This document shows, piece by piece, positions 59,833 through 64,000 of a stretch of 64,000 nucleotides of DNA. Every line of letters begins with the position of its first letter. Position 1 is the stretch's first letter. The stretch comes from Desulfovibrionales bacterium (lineage in GTDB: Bacteria; Desulfobacterota; QYQD01): positions 59,589 through 123,588 of the forward strand of contig JAQURM010000006.1 of assembly GCA_028715605.1 (NCBI GenBank), read 5' to 3'. The notes under the pieces were generated by a model, which saw nothing but the letters and a program-made list of their open reading frames with translations, had not been told where the DNA came from and made no database searches. The translations under genes were made by a program, and so were the position numbers.

Positions 59833-60030
59833 CGGATCTATTCCATCGGTCAGCTTTGGGCTTTCGACCTATAGTGCAAAGCCGAAAACGGGTATCTCAC
59901 AGATGGACACTATCTAATAACAAACAGGGTAAAAGTCAACTTTAACCGCTTTAAGTTAGCAGTCGAGCACAGGCAACCACGGTTATAAGCGTTTAAACTG
60001 GAGCTTCCTGACTTTTTAGAGAATTCCTAT

Positions 60031-60199
60031 GTTTCTGAGCGAAACTTGCTGGAGCAGTCCGCCTGAGGCGGATCGAGGGATAGCGGGAAGGGGAAAGTCC
60101 GCCTTAGGCGGAAAGGGGCAAACGTTCCCCGCCTGCGACTCCCGAAAGGGTCGCTGCGCAAGCCGTGAAGCGAAGAGACGAGGGGTTCCCTAAAGAAAC
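60031..60199. ncRNA. Unclassified structured RNA element, copy 2
   Basis: See the 61-239 entry. The differences between the two copies are compensatory within their hairpins. Confidence 0.5.
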
Positions 60200-60274
60200 G
60201 CAGAATTGCCGGTAGATTATAGTATTATGAGAATACTTCTTAAAAAAATCAGAGAACTCCAGGCGCTTAAAAAC

Positions 60275-60303
60275 TTGACACCTTCTTGCCCAGGTGTTAA
60301 ATA
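60275..60303 (+). promoter_or_regulatory. Sigma-70 promoter for tRNA-Pro: TTGACA, 17-nt spacer, TAAATA
   Basis: Perfect -35, canonical spacing and a near-consensus -10. The transcription start site would be about 10 nt before the tRNA. Confidence 0.6.
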
Positions 60304-60320
60304 ATGCTCACGGTAAAAAT

Positions 60321-60397
60321 CGGGACGTAGCGCAGCTTGGTAGCGCACCTGAATGGGGTTCAGGGGGCCGGAGGTTCAAATCCTCTCGTCCCGACCA
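60321..60397 (+). tRNA. tRNA-Pro (anticodon GGG)
   Basis: Acceptor stem CGGGACG/CGUCCCG. Anticodon loop AUGGGGU. T-loop GGTTCAAATCC. CCA is encoded. Confidence 0.85.
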
Positions 60398-60405
60398 GAT
60401 TTTTC

Positions 60406-60444
60406 GAAAAGCGGCCTATCTGATGGATAGGCCGCTTTCTTTTT
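60406..60444 (+). terminator. Rho-independent terminator after tRNA-Pro
   Basis: Hairpin aaaagcggcctatc-tgatg-gataggccgcttt, followed by cttttt. Confidence 0.7.
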
Positions 60445-60649
60445 GTGCTTTCAGGGGTTGGCTATCTCTGGCTGGATGTCCGGCCTACGGTCGGCCTAAG
60501 GCCGAGCCTTAGCCTTGGGCTCGAACAGGAGACAGGATATTCCTGAGCTTGCTTGCACTACTGCCGACGGGAATTCCTGGCTTTTGAAATTCATGGCCCG
60601 ACACCCATGCGGGAAGTTTTTATCCCAGGTCACATAATAGTGCTTGCAC

Positions 60650-60960
60650 TTATGGCAGTCGATCATATTTCAGAATACGGAATTCAGGAGCCAGAAGTCA
60701 GAAAACATTCGAACGACTCGAACAATTAGAACGCCTGTAAGACGTTAGGTGTTTGAAACAGTCCTACATTCAGAAAAGGCTATTAATCTGGAACTCACAA
60801 CCCCATGAAAAGAAGATACAAAAATCTCACTTCAATTTGGAACTCATGAACTCATGAAAAACAGAGCAACCAGAGGCCGAACTGTTGAAAATCAATTTCT
60901 CAAAAATACTTTCCTGATTTCCTGAGTTCCTGATTAAAACGCCTTCCTGAATTCCTGATT
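60650..60960. repeat. Composite repeat region (families C and E) in the ORF-free tract downstream of tRNA-Pro
   Basis: Shares segments with 44945-45055 and 13851-13975. Confidence 0.55.
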
Positions 60961-61056
60961 TGATATGTTTCTTTGCACTTTTTATCATGCATTTTCAAAA
61001 CGCTAAATTGTTACGAACGCTTGAAGGCCAATTACTGATCGCCGGGAGGGGTATAG

Positions 61057-62415
61057 TCAGGCGTGGCCGAGACATGACCTGATATTCTGACCGATCTCCC
61101 GAACCCTGGATAATACCTCTCCTTCGTTTACAGTCTTGATAATCCCGTTCTCCATGATGACCCGGCCGTTTATCACCGAAGAAATCACATCCGCGCCGTT
61201 TACGGCATAGACCAGGTGCGAGTACAGGTTATAGACCGGCGTCAGATGGGGCTTATTCATATCTATAACAATGATGTCCGCCTTCTTGCCGACCTCGATA
61301 CTTCCGATCTTTCTACCGGACCTGAGAACCCTTGCTCCATTAGTAGTAGCCATGTGCACCGCCGTTCTGGCATCTATAACCGTGGGATCCAGGCAATAGA
61401 CCTTGTGCAGTTTGGCCATGGTGTCTATCTCCTGAAAAAGGTCCAGGTTATTGTTACTGGCGCACCCATCCGTGCCTATGCCTACGGTTATGCCCGCTTC
61501 CAGGAGCTGCGGCACCGGCGCCACCCCCGAGGCCAGTTTCATGTTGCTCTCCGGGCAATGGACGACCTTTACCCTGTTCTCAGCCAATGCCTCTATATCC
61601 GCCTTATCCAACACTACACAATGGTTGGCCACCAGATGCTCATCCAGAAGCCCCAGTTCCTTCAGATGAATGACCGGTGAATGCCTGTACCGGGCCCGGA
61701 TAGCCTCTACTTCGCTTTTGGTCTCAGCCAGGTGGATAACGATAGGCACGTCGTATAGCACAGCCAGGTCTTTGGCCCGCTGAAGGAGGTCCGGCGAACA
61801 GGTATAGGTGGCATGGGGATCGATGGTAATAGAGATAAGAGGGTGTCCCTTCCACTTGAGAATGAGTTCTTCTGTATATTTGAAGCCGTTTTCCAGTTCG
61901 CCGTAATTGGGCGAAGGAAAATCAAATAATCCCTCGCCGATCCAGGCCCGGAGACCGGCCTTGGCCGCGGCCTGAGCCACCTGATCCGTAAAGAGGTACA
62001 TATCACAAAAGGTGGTGGTTCCGGAGCGTATCATCTCCACACAAGCCAGAAGGGTTGCCCAATAGACCACATCCGCGTTCATCTTACGCTCGGCCGGAAA
62101 GATATAATCATTGAGCCAGGTCATAAGGGGCAGGTCATCGGCCAACCCCCGGAAGCAGGTCATGGCCGCGTGGGTATGGCAGTTGATAAGACCGGGCATA
62201 ATCACCCCGCCCCGGGCCTCCAGTACACGCCCTGCCTTTACTGAACCGGCAATTAGCGGCCCCGGACCCACGGCAATAATGCTGTCATCCTTTATAGCCA
62301 CGGCCCCGTCTTCAATAATTTCCCCGTCGGGATTAAGGGTAAGTACCGTACCCCCGCTAATGACCAGGTCAGCCGCTATTTTATCGTTACCACCGCTCAT
62401 ATAGTTTCCCTTCAT
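61057..62415 (-). CDS. mtaD: 5-methylthioadenosine / S-adenosylhomocysteine deaminase (amidohydrolase superfamily)
   Basis: HTHAAM metal-binding motif. Good N-terminal resemblance to MtaD. Confidence 0.75.
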   Translation of the reverse strand: MKGNYMSGGNDKIAADLVISGGTVLTLNPDGEIIEDGAVAIKDDSIIAVGPGPLIAGSVKAGRVLEARGGVIMPGLINCHTHAAMTCFRGLADDLPLMTWLNDYIFPAERKMNADVVYWATLLACVEMIRSGTTTFCDMYLFTDQVAQAAAKAGLRAWIGEGLFDFPSPNYGELENGFKYTEELILKWKGHPLISITIDPHATYTCSPDLLQRAKDLAVLYDVPIVIHLAETKSEVEAIRARYRHSPVIHLKELGLLDEHLVANHCVVLDKADIEALAENRVKVVHCPESNMKLASGVAPVPQLLEAGITVGIGTDGCASNNNLDLFQEIDTMAKLHKVYCLDPTVIDARTAVHMATTNGARVLRSGRKIGSIEVGKKADIIVIDMNKPHLTPVYNLYSHLVYAVNGADVISSVINGRVIMENGIIKTVNEGEVLSRVREIGQNIRSCLGHA

Positions 62416-62498
62416 GTATTGTTAAGTATTGTCAAAAATAAACCACAGAGGACGCAGAGTTTTTAAAATTTAAAATTCTTTTTCTCTGCGCTCTGTGG

Positions 62499-63410
62499 TT
62501 AATCTTTCATGGCCTTGAGCAGTCTCGAAACCAGAAGGACAAGGTTTGGCTCCGCCTTACCGGCAGTAGCAATAACATCTTCTAAATGGATAGGCTGCAT
62601 ACACTCAGGGAGATTCACATTGGCAATGACAGAGACGGCAAAGACCTTGATCCCGGCGTGGTTGGCTGCTATAACCTCCGGCACCGTGGACATGCCGACC
62701 GCATCCGCGCCGATCATGCGCAAAAAACGGGTCTCGGCCGGGGTCTCCAGGCTGGGGCCGGAAACCGCCACATAGACGCCCTTTTGTACGGGGAGGCCGG
62801 ATGCCAGGGCCACCTCCTCCGCCTTAGCACAGAGAGCCCGATCATAAGGCACCGACATATCCGGAAAGCGCACCCCCCACTCATCCACATTGGGTCCGCT
62901 TAAAGGATTTACTCCCATGAGATTGATGTGGTCACGGATAATCATGAGGTCTCCGGGCTTAAAGACCGGATTTAGTCCTCCGGCGGCGTTTGACAAGATC
63001 AATGTCCTGACGCCCAGGGCGGCCAGTACCCGCACCGGAAAGGTGACCTCCTCCAGAGAGTAGCCCTCGTAAAAATGGAAACGCCCCTGAAAGGCCAGGA
63101 CCGCCTGGCCGCCCAGATGCCCGGTTATCAACTGCCCGGCATGGCTCTCCACGGTAGATTCAGGAAAATGCGGGATGTCATGGTATGGGATGATCTTGTG
63201 CTTCTCAATCCGGTCCGCCAGACCGCCTAAGCCGGTTCCCAGAATAATACCGACTGTGGGCTTTAAATCCAGACCATCCGCTAAAAAGCGTGCAGCCTTC
63301 TCAATTTTTTTACGGTATTCAGATACGGTCACGGCAGTGCATGTCCCTCCGTAATGCAATATTGAAAATTTACCGCTCGAAGATACGCCGAAGGCGTGAG
63401 AGGCCGCCAA
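62499..63410 (-). CDS. Purine nucleoside phosphorylase family I (PNP/MTAP-like). Possibly a methylthioinosine phosphorylase given the mtaD neighbour. The start is uncertain.
   Basis: PNP_UDP_1 fold motifs: GTGLGG, SNAAGG and MSTVPE. Confidence 0.7.
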   Translation of the reverse strand: MAASHAFGVSSSGKFSILHYGGTCTAVTVSEYRKKIEKAARFLADGLDLKPTVGIILGTGLGGLADRIEKHKIIPYHDIPHFPESTVESHAGQLITGHLGGQAVLAFQGRFHFYEGYSLEEVTFPVRVLAALGVRTLILSNAAGGLNPVFKPGDLMIIRDHINLMGVNPLSGPNVDEWGVRFPDMSVPYDRALCAKAEEVALASGLPVQKGVYVAVSGPSLETPAETRFLRMIGADAVGMSTVPEVIAANHAGIKVFAVSVIANVNLPECMQPIHLEDVIATAGKAEPNLVLLVSRLLKAMKD

Positions 63411-63842
63411 GAACGCTGAGATAACATATTTAATGGTTTACAGTTTTTCTCTGCGAACTCTGCCTGGAATCTTATAAGGACATAAATGTAGCCAATATCA
63501 CCAGGGAAAGCAACTGCAAATAGGGAGTGTATAATGTTTCTTTTCAGGAACTATGCGCTTGGACAACGGATAAACTTCAAACATTACACCAGGCCTCTAG
63601 AGACATACAGATTCAGAAACATTATAGTACCGAATAGTACCGAACCAGACCTGCCCTCCTGCCAATAACGATGCCCATCCTGATGTTTTCTTTGGCCAGG
63701 CTGTCTCAAAATTCTCCATACCCATACTATTTCATCTTGGAATATCCATCAATTCCTGATATAAAATCAAACAATATAATTATACTGAGCCGATAATTTT
63801 CCAAATAACAACGTGGCGTGCGCGGTTCAGTTCAACTATACT

Positions 63843-63871
63843 TTTTACGGTCGGCTTCGCGCCGTAAAAAC
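63843..63871. terminator. Bidirectional terminator-like hairpin tttttacggtcggcttcgcgccgtaaaaa
   Basis: Stem ttacgg/ccgtaa flanked by T5 and A5. Confidence 0.4.
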
Positions 63872-63912
63872 TCTTATTCGTTAGCATATCTGATTGAGCA
63901 AAAAGGAGGATC

Positions 63913-64000
63913 AATGCGCCACTTAATCATGATTAATTTTTTATTCGTGCAAATGCTAGTGATATCCTTGGCATTTACGCCTATAGACGCGCAGGCACAA
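63913..64000 (+). CDS. 5' end of a secreted protein gene, truncated by the window edge
   Basis: RBS aaaggagga followed by ATG. MRHLIMINFLFVQMLVISLAFTPIDAQA is a signal-peptide-like sequence. Confidence 0.5.

Overview
This 64 kb chromosomal window is dense with signalling and envelope-biogenesis genes. The many sigma-54 regulators, PAS kinases, LpxI and heavy repeat load suggest a delta-proteobacterial / Desulfobacterota-like organism; that placement is inference, not sequence evidence.

Layout along the window:
- 0.3-9.3 kb: a plus-strand chemotaxis operon, cheA-cheY-cheR-cheD-HDOD-REC-cheX-cheB, with no cheW or MCP gene.
- 9.8-13.8 kb: an orphan sigma-54 activator, a sigma-54 promoter, a PilZ-PAS-degenerate histidine kinase and rtcA.
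- 14-20.7 kb: housekeeping genes, including the conserved yicC-DUF370-gmk-rlmB block.
- 20.7-33.3 kb: an O-antigen / core-oligosaccharide accessory cluster of glycosyltransferases, several SAM-dependent methyltransferases and an O-antigen ligase.
- 33.4-49.3 kb: a long minus-strand lipid A / core / outer-membrane super-operon, bamA-lpxD-fabZ-lpxA-lpxI-(Gfo/Idh/MocA)-lpxB-msbA-waaA-lpxK-waaF-gmhB-waaC-ycaR. No skp gene sits between bamA and lpxD.
- 49.3-60.4 kb: lolCDE, lysS, an activase-like ATPase pair, a multi-PAS hybrid histidine kinase, tRNA-Gln, a histidine kinase / sigma-54 NtrC-type two-component pair, and tRNA-Pro.
- 61-63.4 kb: mtaD next to a purine nucleoside phosphorylase-family gene.

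The genome is unusually rich in short intergenic repeats. I count at least five families:
- a MITE-like element with terminal inverted repeats (family A);
- an in-frame insertion of a G-tract palindromic element inside lpxK and waaF;
- a roughly 160-nt element in two diverged copies, at 61-239 and 60031-60199. Its hairpins carry compensatory substitutions, so it is probably an unannotated ncRNA family.

I found no CRISPR array, integrase or transposase.
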